From positions 1,184,001-1,248,000 of the forward strand of contig CAXXLF010000001.1 of assembly GCA_963664015.2 (NCBI GenBank): a stretch of DNA of 64,000 nt, written 5' to 3'. Position numbers and translations under genes: made by a program. This document shows, piece after piece, positions 21,309 through 34,039 of this stretch. The notes beneath the pieces are model-generated. The model was not told the DNA's origin, did not search any database, and saw nothing but the letters and a program-made list of their open reading frames with translations. This stretch comes from Candidatus Binatia bacterium. Its GTDB lineage: Bacteria; Desulfobacterota; Binatia; UBA9968; CAXXLF01. Position 1 is the stretch's first letter. The number at the start of each line of letters is the position of its first letter.

Positions 21309-22513
21309 TCAGCGCTTTGCTACAGCTTTTACAAGGTCGTCCGCCCGATCGGTTCTTTCCCAGGTGAAAGTGCCGTTCACAGGGGTGCGGCAAAGTGGCC
21401 GTAGGCGGCGGTAGGTCTATAGATGGGTTTTCTCAAATCCAAAATTTCAATAATGCCTTTGGGTCTGAGATTGAACTGTTCACGTACAATCTCGGCCAAT
21501 ACGGTATCCGGTGCAACTCCCGTTCCGAAGGAATCCACCGCAACGGAAACCGGTTCCGGTACTCCAATAACGTAGGCCATCTGGACTTCGCACTTTTTAG
21601 CCAGTTTGGCGGCCACGATGTTCTTGGCAATGTAGCGGGCCATGTAGGCCGCGCTGCGATCCACCTTGGAGGGGTCTTTACCGGAAAAGGCACCTCCGCC
21701 GTGGCGGCCCATACCGCCGTATGTATCCACAATGATCTTCCGCCCCGTCAGTCCGCAGTCGCCCTGAGGGCCACCGATCTCGAAACGGCCGGTTGGGTTC
21801 ACGTGATACACCGTGTCCTTGTCCATATAGTGTGAAGGCACCACGGCTTTGATCACACCATCGATCACGGTCTCTCTGAGCTTTTCGTAGGTAACTTCCG
21901 GACTGTGCTGCGTCGAGATAACGACGCTGCTCACCCTGACCGGTTTGCCACCATCGTACTCGACGGTGACTTGAGACTTGCTGTCCGGCCGTATAAACGG
22001 GGCTTCGCCTCCCTTTCGGATTTTGGCCAGGTAGCTAACTAGCTTGTGGGCCAACTGGATCGGCAGAGGCATGAGTTCCGGGGTCTCATCACAAGCAAAA
22101 CCGAACATCATCCCCTGGTCACCGGCCCCTTGTTCCTTATGGAGCCCCTCTCCTTCAGTCACGCCAATGGAAATGTCCTGGGATTGGGGATCCACGGCAA
22201 CGAGCATAGAGCACCGATTGGCATCAAATCCCTTGGCCAAATCATCGTAACCGATATCCAAAACGACCTGACGAGCGACGTCGGCGTAACTGACCCGCGC
22301 ATTGCTCGTGATCTCGCCGGCAATCACCATGATGCCGCTCTTGACCAAGGCTTCACAGGCCACCCGGCTATTGGGATCCTCCGCCAAATGGGCGTCGAGG
22401 ATTGCATCGGAAATCTGATCGCAGACCTTGTCTGGATGTCCTTCCGAAACCGACTCGGAGGTAAAAAGGGTGTCTCCCTTTTTCATACTTGCTACTTTAA
22501 TTCGCTCTGCCAT
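21309..22513 (-). CDS. metK: S-adenosylmethionine synthetase with a 1-nt indel near the C-terminus
   Basis: [26 protein letters not shown]; restoring one G near 21391 gives YGHFGR...FTWERTD...KR* ending at 21309. Confidence 0.95.
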
Positions 22514-22585
22514 TCTCCCAGTCTCCCCTCAACGACTACTTACTAAAGTGTCATTGCATAGCGGACAGGGTACGGAAAATCAAGC

Positions 22586-22861
22586 TCAATCACCCTCGTG
22601 AAACTTTTTTTCAAAAATTTCTTCAATCGCGTGCATAGATTCTTTAGCGTCCGCGCCATTGGCGACGATACTCACCGTGCTACCCTTGGCGGCTCCCAGG
22701 GTCAAGATCCCAATGATACTTCTCCCGTCCACCACCTGACCGTCTTTGCCGATCTTGACCTCCGCCGCATACCGGTTCACGGTCTGCACTAAAAGGGCGG
22801 CCGCCCGCGCGTGCAAACCGAGCCTGTTCTTGACGTTGAGTTTCTTGCTGATCTTCGACAT
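22586..22861 (-). CDS. ptsH: HPr family phosphocarrier
   Basis: GLHARAA and DGRSIIG motifs. Confidence 0.9.
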   Translation of the reverse strand: MSKISKKLNVKNRLGLHARAAALLVQTVNRYAAEVKIGKDGQVVDGRSIIGILTLGAAKGSTVSIVANGADAKESMHAIEEIFEKKFHEGD

Positions 22862-22865
22862 CGCA

Positions 22866-23732
22866 CTACTTATCGATGTCGCGGTGCTGGATGTGGATAC
22901 CCAACTGCCCCCCGCCCAACCTTCGCTTCAGCTCCTCGACCAAGACCACTGAGCGGTGTCGCCCACCGGTACAACCAAGGGCTAGGGACAAATTGCTTTT
23001 GCCCTCCCGTTGGTACTGGGGCAGCGTGTATTCCAAAAGGGAGCATAGACGACCCAAGAATTCCCCCGTTTCTTCCCGTTTGAGCAAATAGTCGCGCACC
23101 TCGTGGTCCAGACCACTCTTTCCCCTCAGCTCATTGATAAAAAAGGGGTTTGGAAGAAAGCGCACATCGATAATCATGTCGGTATCGTGAGGGATGCCGT
23201 ATTTGTAGCCAAAGGAGGTCAGGAAAAAAACCATCTCGCGCCGGCTGAGGATCTGACTGGTGCAATCCTGTATGGCCTTTTTCAGCTCATGGACGTTCAA
23301 CCGGCTCGTATTGATCACCATGTCGGCGGAGGCGAGCATTCCCTCCAGCTCCTTGCGCTCCCGTGCAATCCCCTGTTGGACAGAGCCGGACCCGGCCAGT
23401 GGATGCGGTCTACGGGTTTCGTTGAAACGGCGCAGGAGGATTTCATCGCTGGAGTCAAAGAAGAGGACTTTCAGACGGTGTCCGGCTTGACGGATCTCAT
23501 CCAGGATATCGGGCGAATATTGGAAGAAATATCCCGACCGAAGATCGATACCGAGCGCGATCTTCTGAATTTCCTCACGGTAACCCTGGCACAGGTCGAT
23601 GAATTTGGGGATCAAAAGAACGGGGAGATTATCAATGCAGAAAAAGCCGTCGTCCTCAAGCGCTCGAATGGCGTTACTCTTACCTGAGCCCGATAACCCC
23701 GTGACTACGATAATATCCAAGGCTTCGGCCAT
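22866..23732 (-). CDS. rapZ: RNase adapter RapZ
   Basis: GLSGSGKS, DNLP, ETRRPHPL, DVRFLPNP and GCTGGRHRSV motifs. Confidence 0.93.
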   Translation of the reverse strand: MAEALDIIVVTGLSGSGKSNAIRALEDDGFFCIDNLPVLLIPKFIDLCQGYREEIQKIALGIDLRSGYFFQYSPDILDEIRQAGHRLKVLFFDSSDEILLRRFNETRRPHPLAGSGSVQQGIARERKELEGMLASADMVINTSRLNVHELKKAIQDCTSQILSRREMVFFLTSFGYKYGIPHDTDMIIDVRFLPNPFFINELRGKSGLDHEVRDYLLKREETGEFLGRLCSLLEYTLPQYQREGKSNLSLALGCTGGRHRSVVLVEELKRRLGGGQLGIHIQHRDIDK

Positions 23733-23737
23733 AACCG

Positions 23738-24199
23738 TTAGGGTTTGCTGTCTTCCCCCTCAATGATCGTGAAGATTTCTTGCTCCGTCCTGCCCGCGAT
23801 AATCCTCTTCCGAAACTCTGCCTTCTTGAGCAGGCGGGAGATTCTGGCCAGGGCTTCCAGGTGGTCGGAGGCTGCATCTTCAGGAGCAATGAGGAAGAAA
23901 AAGAGATGCGTTGCCTGACCGTCGGGAGATTGAAAATCGATCCCGCTGGAGCTGCGGCCTAATACGGCCAGACTTCGAGCGACCCCTGACATCTTGCCAT
24001 GGGGGATCGCCACTCCTTCTCCAATGGCGGTACTGGCCAACTTCTCTCGTGCGAGAACAGTCTCCAGAATCTTTCCGGCATCCGAAACATCACAATGGTT
24101 CGCCGCCTCCTGCGCCAACTCCTTTAGGACCGAATCTTTATCTCGGGCCTTGAGTTCCAGAATGATTCGTTCAGCCTGCAATAAATCTGTGATTCGCAA
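23738..24199 (-). CDS. ptsN: PTS IIA(Ntr)-like protein
   Basis: RE...STAIGEGVAIPHGK motif; downstream of rpoN. Confidence 0.88.
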   Translation of the reverse strand: MRITDLLQAERIILELKARDKDSVLKELAQEAANHCDVSDAGKILETVLAREKLASTAIGEGVAIPHGKMSGVARSLAVLGRSSSGIDFQSPDGQATHLFFFLIAPEDAASDHLEALARISRLLKKAEFRKRIIAGRTEQEIFTIIEGEDSKP

Positions 24200-24396
24200 C
24201 TTGGACCTTTCTTTTCCTGTGTTGAATTAGTGATGAATCACCCTGTCTATGAAATTTCAATTCCTCTGAGGTTGTACCTGAACATGCTGGCAGGGTTTAA
24301 GGGGCGCTTGGCCAATAAAATCCTATAGAGCTATTTCACCTATAGCAATCCGGATGGATCAGGTCCACCAGATTTGAAACGCATGGTTTCTTAAAA

Positions 24397-25854
24397 CTAC
24401 CTACGGAGGTACGGCTGCCTACGCCGGGAGGATGTAAGAATCCCCATGGCCTCACGGTACTTACCCACCGTACGTCGGGCGATGTCAATGGCCTGTTCCT
24501 CGAGAACCCGGGCAAGGTCCTGATCGCTGTATGGTTTTTTGGGATCCTCGGCAGAGATAAGGTTGCGGATTTTTTCCCTCACGCTTTCAGAGGCCACATC
24601 CTCGCCATTGCCCCGGCGCAGGCCACTCTGGAAAAAGTATTTTAGTTCATAAAGCCCCTGGGGGGTATAGACGTATTTGTTGGCCGTCGCCCGGCTCACT
24701 GTGGACTCGTGCATGCCGATATCCCCCGCCACATCCCTGAGCACCATCGGCTTCAAGTTGCTAACCCCCGAATCCAGGAACTCGGACTGAAACTTGAAGA
24801 TACTCTGGGTCACCCGATAGAGGGTCTGCTGTCTCCAGTGAATGCTCTTGATTAACCAGGTGGCTGCTCTGACTTTCTCTTCGAGGTAAGCCCTTGCCTT
24901 GGCCGCCTCTTCACCCTCGGCCCCATTCAAACGATGGTATAAGGAACTCACCCTGAGCTGAGGCACCCCGTCATCGTTGAGAAGCACCACATACTCGTCG
25001 CCAAGTTTTTGTATTGTAACATCTGGAATAATGGTGCGAACCTGCTCGTCGCCAAATCCCCGTGCCGGTTTGGGTTCCAAGGTGGCAATCAGCTGGGCCG
25101 CATCCAACGCCTCATCCACAGTGATACTCAGATTTCGGGCCACCCGCTCATATCGTCTTGTTTCCAGCTCAGACAGATGTCCGGCGACAATACGGGCCGC
25201 CAAACTGTCCGATAGTCCAAGATTTTCTAACTGAATGAGCAGGCATTCCTTCAGATCGCGCGCTGCAACACCTATGGGATCGAAACGCTGGATACGCTTC
25301 AAGACCCGCTCTGCATCCTCAATTGACGCCCCGGTGACCCGACAGGCATCGTCCAGTGAAATCTCCAGGTACCCCTTCTCGTCCAGATTACCCACAATGT
25401 ACTGGCCGATCTGCTGGCCACGTTCCTCTAGATCGGACAGGCGCAATTGCCAAACCAAATGATCTTGAAGTGAGTCTTTTTTGGTGAGGGTATTTTCCCA
25501 TGACGGGTAACCGTCCCCGTCATCGCGGCCGGCCTCTGCCGACAGGGACCCGTGTGTGGAGTTGGAGCCGTGGTTATCCAGGTAGTCCTGCCAGTCAACG
25601 GATCCGATTTGGTCCGTCGAATCCGAGGATAATACCTCCTGGGTTTTTTCCGGTAGCTTCTGCTCTGCGGCAGCACCCTCCTCCTCCTCACCTCCCGCAC
25701 CTTCTTCCAATGCTGGATTTTCCTGCAATTCTTGTGAGATGAGACCCTCAAGATCGATATGGGACAACTGAAGCAGCTTGATGGCCTGCTGCAGTTGTGG
25801 CGTCATGACAAGCTGCTGGGCAAGTTTCTGTATGAGTCGAATCTCAAGTGCCAT
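24397..25854 (-). CDS. rpoN: RNA polymerase sigma-54 factor
   Basis: MTPQLQQAIKLLQL, HESTVSRA, RpoN box ARRTVGKYR. Confidence 0.96.
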   Translation of the reverse strand: MALEIRLIQKLAQQLVMTPQLQQAIKLLQLSHIDLEGLISQELQENPALEEGAGGEEEEGAAAEQKLPEKTQEVLSSDSTDQIGSVDWQDYLDNHGSNSTHGSLSAEAGRDDGDGYPSWENTLTKKDSLQDHLVWQLRLSDLEERGQQIGQYIVGNLDEKGYLEISLDDACRVTGASIEDAERVLKRIQRFDPIGVAARDLKECLLIQLENLGLSDSLAARIVAGHLSELETRRYERVARNLSITVDEALDAAQLIATLEPKPARGFGDEQVRTIIPDVTIQKLGDEYVVLLNDDGVPQLRVSSLYHRLNGAEGEEAAKARAYLEEKVRAATWLIKSIHWRQQTLYRVTQSIFKFQSEFLDSGVSNLKPMVLRDVAGDIGMHESTVSRATANKYVYTPQGLYELKYFFQSGLRRGNGEDVASESVREKIRNLISAEDPKKPYSDQDLARVLEEQAIDIARRTVGKYREAMGILTSSRRRQPYLRR

Positions 25855-25856
25855 AA

Positions 25857-26579
25857 CTAAAGCCTGAATCCTTCGCCTAGATAAACGCTACGAGCCTTTG
25901 GGCTGGAAGCAATCGTGTGAGGGCTACCCTCTTCCAAGATCACTCCATCGCTCAAAATATAGGCTCGATCACAAATTCCCAAAGTTTCTCGCACATTATG
26001 ATCCGTAATGAGAATTCCGATACCACTGGTCGTGAGCTTACGAATGATTTTTTGAATTTCGGCAACGGCGATGGGGTCCACCCCCGTAAAGGGCTCATCC
26101 AGAAGGACAAAGAACGGAGAAAGCACAAGGGCACGGGCGATCTCAAGCCTGCGCCGCTCACCTCCCGACAGGGTATATGCCTTGTGTTTGACCAGGTGGG
26201 TGATCCCAAGCATCCGCATGAGCGTCTTGCAACGGGCCTCGCGTTCCTCGCGGGTTATGTTCAAAGTCTCCAGGATCGCAAAGAGATTGTTCTCGACGGT
26301 CATACGTCGGAATATGGAGGCTTCCTGGGGCAGGTAGCTGATACCGGCACGCGCCCTACGGTAGATCGGCGCCAAAGTGAGGTCCTTGTCGTTCAAGAAG
26401 ACCTGTCCTTGCTCCGGTCGGACTAGACCCACCATCATGTGGAAGGTTGTCGTCTTTCCCGCTCCATTGGGCCCCAGCAGACCAACGACCTCTCCGCTTT
26501 GGATGTTCAAATGAACCTGGTTCACAACACGGCGGCCATGAAATGATTTCGTGACTCCCTGGGCCTTGAGAACGTTCAC
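25857..26579 (-). CDS. lptB: LPS export ABC ATPase
   Basis: GPNGAGKTT, YLPQEASIF, LSGGERRR and ITDHNVRET motifs. Confidence 0.95.
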   Translation of the reverse strand: MNVLKAQGVTKSFHGRRVVNQVHLNIQSGEVVGLLGPNGAGKTTTFHMMVGLVRPEQGQVFLNDKDLTLAPIYRRARAGISYLPQEASIFRRMTVENNLFAILETLNITREEREARCKTLMRMLGITHLVKHKAYTLSGGERRRLEIARALVLSPFFVLLDEPFTGVDPIAVAEIQKIIRKLTTSGIGILITDHNVRETLGICDRAYILSDGVILEEGSPHTIASSPKARSVYLGEGFRL

Positions 26580-27130
26580 TTCTTGCCTCCAAGATCCTTG
26601 GCATCCAATTCATCAGGGAAGATCACCGCCTTGACCCTTTCTTTACCGCCTTCGACGATGCCCCGGTCTTCATTGAGATAGAGGATAATTCGGGTACCGC
26701 TGACCTGACTGTTCCCCTGGCTCACCGAAGGCTTACCCGTCAAGGTTACCGTGTTTTTTACAATGCTGAAGACCGCCCGGTTTCCCGTGGCCACTCGATC
26801 CCCCTGAGTCACCACCAGATTGCCCTGAGCAATCACCTTATCGATTCGTTTGGCAAGGGGGTTGTAAGTGGCGGTGAGAGTATCGCTCTTCAGCGTGACA
26901 TCACCACGTACGGCAACCACGTTTCCCTTATATTGTATACTGTTCTTTTTCTGATCCATCGCCATGCGATCGGACGTTATCGTAATCGGCTCTTGTTTGA
27001 CCGTATCCTTTTTCAACCCTCGGCTTTTTTTTGACCTTGCCCCCTGGGCCCCCCAAACAGGAGCGGCCATAAGGGTGATCACCACAAAACACCAGAGAGT
27101 GATTAAAGAGTTTGATTTTCGGATCTGCAT
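26576..27130 (-). CDS. lptA: LPS transport periplasmic protein
   Basis: Signal peptide, OstA-like beta-jellyroll pattern (PITITSD, GNV, LTGKP), synteny. Confidence 0.85.
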   Translation of the reverse strand: MQIRKSNSLITLWCFVVITLMAAPVWGAQGARSKKSRGLKKDTVKQEPITITSDRMAMDQKKNSIQYKGNVVAVRGDVTLKSDTLTATYNPLAKRIDKVIAQGNLVVTQGDRVATGNRAVFSIVKNTVTLTGKPSVSQGNSQVSGTRIILYLNEDRGIVEGGKERVKAVIFPDELDAKDLGGKK

Positions 27131-27145
27131 GCTTCTTTCACAACC

Positions 27146-27754
27146 TCAACCGGTTTTAATCTTTTTCCCCTCGAGGAGGTCAGGCTCGATTCGGGTCTTC
27201 ACTTTCTGGTGCAGGCGAATGGTTTCGTCCTTCAGGGAAATGTCCGCCCCTATCCCTTCCATGGTGAGACCGGTGCCGATCATATCGACCTTACTCTCAG
27301 AGACGACCTGGCCCCCTTTTTGAAAATAGACGATCTCATCGGTTTTGAGAATGTATCCCTGGTAATGGACTTCCACGTTTCCCTGTAACTGTATCTTCTC
27401 GATTTCCCGCTGGACCAAAAAGAGACGCCCTTGATCCCCCTGGACTTGGATGGGCTCCCCACTTTCATGGTAAAAGGTGAGCCTCGGTCTCGTGATCAAG
27501 GCCTCCTTGTTGTCCTTGAGGTAGACGGCCTCGTCGCCCGTGACTTCCCAGAGCTTGCGCCCCGCTTCCACCTTGCTGTGCCGAAAACTCTTTAACTGAA
27601 GCTCCGCCTCCGGGACGACATCCAAGAGCTTGGTCGGATCCCGCTGGAATTCCAGGACCTTCTGCATCCACAGAGTCTCGGCAACCTTGTAAACGACACC
27701 GATGACCGAGACACCGATGAGCATGAGGATTAAGATTCGTGCCCCTCTATTCAT
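27146..27754 (-). CDS. lptC: LPS export periplasmic protein LptC
   Basis: N-terminal TM helix, beta-rich body, synteny with lptAB. Confidence 0.8.
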   Translation of the reverse strand: MNRGARILILMLIGVSVIGVVYKVAETLWMQKVLEFQRDPTKLLDVVPEAELQLKSFRHSKVEAGRKLWEVTGDEAVYLKDNKEALITRPRLTFYHESGEPIQVQGDQGRLFLVQREIEKIQLQGNVEVHYQGYILKTDEIVYFQKGGQVVSESKVDMIGTGLTMEGIGADISLKDETIRLHQKVKTRIEPDLLEGKKIKTG

Positions 27755-27817
27755 GGGATTTCCTAAACACAATCAATTTTTCAAACTATCACTATTCACC
27801 AAACCTGTAAAGAAACT

Positions 27818-27833
27818 AGGCATGGATATTGCG
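27818..27833 (+). promoter_or_regulatory. sigma-54 (-24/-12)-like element
   Basis: aGGCATggataTTGCg (GG-N10-GC) in the kdsC-lptC gap. Confidence 0.45.
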
Positions 27834-27901
27834 TTTGCCCCATATGTTGAGCCTAAGCCTGCTAAAGATAATAACAAAATGGTGGAACAACGGACAGAAG
27901 G

Positions 27902-28438
27902 CTAGGTAAGATACCCTTTAATGAGGGACTGCCACCGGCCCTGGGCGTGGAGAATTATCTCAATCACTTCGCGTACCGCCCCCTGCCCACCTTCCTCCCG
28001 AGTCCGGTAGTGCACCTTGTCTCGGAGATCGCTCGCCGCGTCCTTGACGGCAATGGCCAATCCTACCCGTATTAGAACCGGCAGGTCGACAATATCATCT
28101 CCAATGTAGGCGATTTCAGCGTCAGTCAGGCCGGTCTTCTTTTTGATTTTTCGGTAGGTATCGAGCTTGTTGGCAACCTTTTGGTAAACCATTCGGATTC
28201 CAAGTTCTCTGGCCCGATGGCGTACGGCGATGGAGGAGCGCGACGTCACGAGTCCCAGCCCATGACCGGCCTCGATCCACAATTTGATCCCATGCCCGTC
28301 GTGAACGTTGAAACGCTTGAGCTCCTCGCCACCGGAACCGAAGACGATCCCCCCATCGGTCAGAACTCCGTCCACGTCAAGCAAAAGCAGCTTGATTTTT
28401 CGGGCTTTCTTTCGAATGTTTGAAGGGATAGGACCCAC
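27902..28438 (-). CDS. kdsC: KDO 8-phosphate phosphatase
   Basis: LDVDGVLTDG, GDDIVD and GAVRE motifs. Confidence 0.92.
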   Translation of the reverse strand: MGPIPSNIRKKARKIKLLLLDVDGVLTDGGIVFGSGGEELKRFNVHDGHGIKLWIEAGHGLGLVTSRSSIAVRHRARELGIRMVYQKVANKLDTYRKIKKKTGLTDAEIAYIGDDIVDLPVLIRVGLAIAVKDAASDLRDKVHYRTREEGGQGAVREVIEIILHAQGRWQSLIKGYLT

Positions 28439-28446
28439 GGCAGAAG

Positions 28447-29421
28447 TCAGATTCCGACTTTCAACAAATCATGGAGATGAACAACGCCTGTGGGCTTGCG
28501 TCCCCCATCTTCGATGACAAACAGGGAAGTAATGGAGAGTCCTTCCATCAGGCCAAGGGCCGCTACCGCCAGCGCGTCGGCCACGATGGTTTTGGGATTC
28601 CGGGTCATCAGCTCTTTCGCCTTGAAGCGGAAGATATCGCCCCTTCCCTCCAAGCCTCTGCGCAGGTCCCCATCGGTGATCACCCCAACCAGCCGGCCCT
28701 GGCTATCCACAACACCCGTCACCCCAAGACGCTTTGAGGTTATCTCCAGCAGGGTCTCTTTCATCGGAGTGGCCTCTTTGACCAGCGGGAGTTCGTCGCC
28801 GTCATGCATCACGTCCTCGACATGAAGCAACAGCTTTCGACCCAAGATCCCGCCGGGATGCCTGAGTGCAAAGTCCTCTTCCTTAAACCCCCGCTCACGT
28901 AAAAGAACTACCGCCAACGCATCCCCCATAGCCAGGGCGGCGGTCGTACTTGCCGTAGGCGCCAGTCCCAGGGGGCAGGCCTCTTCCTTGACCGACACGT
29001 TCAAGACCACATCACCGGCCTTGGACAGGGATGAGTTGGGATGACCTGTCATGACGATAACCTTCAATGCAAGCCGTTTAACGATGGGAATCAACTTAAG
29101 AATCTCTTCCGTCTCGCCACTGTTGGACACCGCCAGCACGATATCCCCCTTCATCATCATGCCCAGATCCCCGTGAATACCGTCACCCGCATGAAGGAAC
29201 AAGGAGGGAGTTCCCGTGCTGGCCATGGTGGCTGCGATCTTACGGCAGATGAGCCCTGATTTTCCGATACCCGTAACAATCACCTTGCCCTGGCACTTGT
29301 AGAGCAACTCCACGGCCCGGACGAAGCTATCATCCAATCGATCCCTGAGCGTTTGGAGGCCGTTGACCTCCACGTCGAGAACTTCCCGCGCCCGTTCCAG
29401 GATCTTCGCACGATTTATCAC
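28447..29421 (-). CDS. kdsD: arabinose 5-phosphate isomerase (KpsF/GutQ)
   Basis: [29 protein letters not shown]-terminal CBS pair. Confidence 0.93.
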   Translation of the reverse strand: MINRAKILERAREVLDVEVNGLQTLRDRLDDSFVRAVELLYKCQGKVIVTGIGKSGLICRKIAATMASTGTPSLFLHAGDGIHGDLGMMMKGDIVLAVSNSGETEEILKLIPIVKRLALKVIVMTGHPNSSLSKAGDVVLNVSVKEEACPLGLAPTASTTAALAMGDALAVVLLRERGFKEEDFALRHPGGILGRKLLLHVEDVMHDGDELPLVKEATPMKETLLEITSKRLGVTGVVDSQGRLVGVITDGDLRRGLEGRGDIFRFKAKELMTRNPKTIVADALAVAALGLMEGLSITSLFVIEDGGRKPTGVVHLHDLLKVGI

Positions 29422-30260
29422 GATGAGACCCGTATCCTGTCTTTGACCGAACTGTCAATTTCTTTGAGGCACCGGAGCAATTCCTCGAGCTCATTCATGG
29501 GCAGTGAATTGGGACCGTCACTAAGGGCCCGATCAGGATCTTCATGGACCTCCATAAAAACCGCATCCACTCCTACCGCCACCCCGGCCCGGGCCAGGGC
29601 CGAGATAAACTGCCGTTGCCCGCCTGACGCCTTTCCCATCCCGCCGGGGAGCTGCAGGCTATGCGTCGCATCGAACACGACAGGGCAGCCGAATTCCCTC
29701 ATGATCATGAGCGAGCGCATATCCGCAACCAGGTTATTGTAGCCGAAAGACACTCCCCGTTCGGTCACCAACACCCTTTGGTTGCCCGTTACAACGATCT
29801 TATCGACCACGTTACTAAGATCCCAGGGGGCTAAGAACTGGCCCTTCTTTATATTGATGACCCGGCCGGACCGGGCCACGGCTAGGACGAAATCCGTTTG
29901 ACGGCAGAGAAAAGCGGGAATTTGCAGCACATCGACCACTTCCTTGACCAAGTCAACCTGCTCCTGTTCGTGGACGTCTGTAAGGAGTGGCACACCCACC
30001 GTCTTTTTAACCTCGGCCAGGATCTCCAGGCCCTTCTCAATACCAGGCCCACGATAGGAGTCGAGGGAAGTTCGGTTGGCCTTGTCGTAAGAAGACTTGT
30101 AAATGAAGGGGATACCTACCCGGTCGGTAATCTCCTTGAGTTGGGACGCGTGGCGCAGTGCCGCGTCCCGCCCCTCGATGACGCAGGGACCGGCAATCAA
30201 GGCCAACGGTTTTCCTGCACCTATCTCGACTCCGCCAATATTCAGTTTTTCAAGTGGCAT
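29418..30260 (-). CDS. kdsA: KDO 8-phosphate synthase
   Basis: [24 protein letters not shown] and DATHS motifs. Confidence 0.96.
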   Translation of the reverse strand: MPLEKLNIGGVEIGAGKPLALIAGPCVIEGRDAALRHASQLKEITDRVGIPFIYKSSYDKANRTSLDSYRGPGIEKGLEILAEVKKTVGVPLLTDVHEQEQVDLVKEVVDVLQIPAFLCRQTDFVLAVARSGRVINIKKGQFLAPWDLSNVVDKIVVTGNQRVLVTERGVSFGYNNLVADMRSLMIMREFGCPVVFDATHSLQLPGGMGKASGGQRQFISALARAGVAVGVDAVFMEVHEDPDRALSDGPNSLPMNELEELLRCLKEIDSSVKDRIRVSS

Positions 30261-30272
30261 GACCGTATTCTA

Positions 30273-32680
<2,408 letters not shown>

Positions 32681-32773
32681 AGCTGGATGGCTTTTCTGGT
32701 CTCAGAGACCCGATTTGCAGAGGATTCATATTCCGACATTTCCAGTTCCATGAAGGCCTCCAGGGAATGACGT

Positions 32774-32983
32774 CCATGATTTTCTGCGAAGGCGGATGAA
32801 GCCTCCACAGGCTTGGGCCCGTGGTACCCTTCATTTCTTCAGCGAAATCCGCCGAAACACCCTCCTTCGCTCGATCAGCTTCGGAGGGTCCGACCTTCGC
32901 ATTCACCCTGGGTATTTCCGGCCGTCGCAGCCGTATGCTGCTACGGCGAAGTTGGCCCCCCATGGTCTTGTGCGAAGGCGGAT
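32774..32983. repeat. REP/MITE-like cluster of hairpins bounded by imperfect 24-bp direct repeats
   Basis: ccatg...tgcgaaggcggat at 32774-32797 and 32960-32983; hairpins at 32805-32824, 32859-32889 and 32921-32947. Confidence 0.6.
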
Positions 32984-33124
32984 AAAAAAAACCGCAATGC
33001 ACCCGGCGGAGCATTACGGACGTTGACTATAGCCCCTAGGGTCATATGGTGTCAACGAAGGAATTTATTGCTCCCAATTGATGCATTGCAGAATTGACCA
33101 AGTTCAAGTATCTAAACTATTAAC

Positions 33125-34039
33125 ATGATTCAAAAATGGAAACTGTTAATCTTTCTTATACTGTTTTCTCTAGGGTCGTTTGCTTGTAGCCCCGCCCATG
33201 ACAAGTCAAAAATCCTCCGAGTCGGTTTTGTTCCAGCCGAGAACGCCCAAGAGGTGGCCCGCAATGCCCAGCCCATCGTTCAGATCCTGCAGGAAAACCT
33301 GAAGATGGAGGTTCAATCCTTTGTCGCTACCGACTACACGGGCGTCGTCGAGGCATTTCGGGCCAACAAACTGGATATCGCCTTTTTGACTCCGGCCTCC
33401 TACGTACTCGCCAACGGTGAAGCCAACGTCAGAGTCATCTTGAAATCCCATCGCCGGGGAAGGGCCGAATACTATTCGGCCATCATCACACACGCCGACA
33501 GCAATATCCAAAGTCTTGCGGACCTGCGGGACAGGACTTTCGCCTTCGGGGACCCCCTATCCACGTCGGGGCATATCTTTCCGCGCAAGATGTTTGCCGA
33601 GAACGGGATCAACCCGACCAAGGACTTCAAGAGGGTGATCTACTCGGGAGGCCACGACGCGACAGTCCTGGCCGTCTTGAACCGCAAGGTCGACGCCGGT
33701 GCTACCTTTTCCAATTTTCCCGATGGCAGGGGTGGCGCCTGGACCCGGTACCTGACAGACCCCAAAGAACAGAAGCAGATCCGCGCTATCGCCTATTCGG
33801 AACCCATCCCCGCCGACAACCTAGTCATAAACGCCAACCTGGACCCTGACCTCATCCGTCGCATCGAGAAAATATTTCTCGACTTGAGCGCCGACCCGGC
33901 AGGGAAAAAGATGCTGCGTGATCTCTATCAGATCGACGGATTTGTTACCGCCACGGACCAGGACTACGATTCGGTCCGCCAGGCATTCAAGATTGCGGGC
34001 ATTGACATCAAAGCGGCACTCAAGAAGAAACAGCCGTGA
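33125..34039 (+). CDS. phnD: phosphate/phosphite/phosphonate ABC substrate-binding lipoprotein
   Basis: Lipobox FAC, DYTGVVEA, STSG and GGHD motifs. Confidence 0.88.
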   Translation: MIQKWKLLIFLILFSLGSFACSPAHDKSKILRVGFVPAENAQEVARNAQPIVQILQENLKMEVQSFVATDYTGVVEAFRANKLDIAFLTPASYVLANGEANVRVILKSHRRGRAEYYSAIITHADSNIQSLADLRDRTFAFGDPLSTSGHIFPRKMFAENGINPTKDFKRVIYSGGHDATVLAVLNRKVDAGATFSNFPDGRGGAWTRYLTDPKEQKQIRAIAYSEPIPADNLVINANLDPDLIRRIEKIFLDLSADPAGKKMLRDLYQIDGFVTATDQDYDSVRQAFKIAGIDIKAALKKKQP

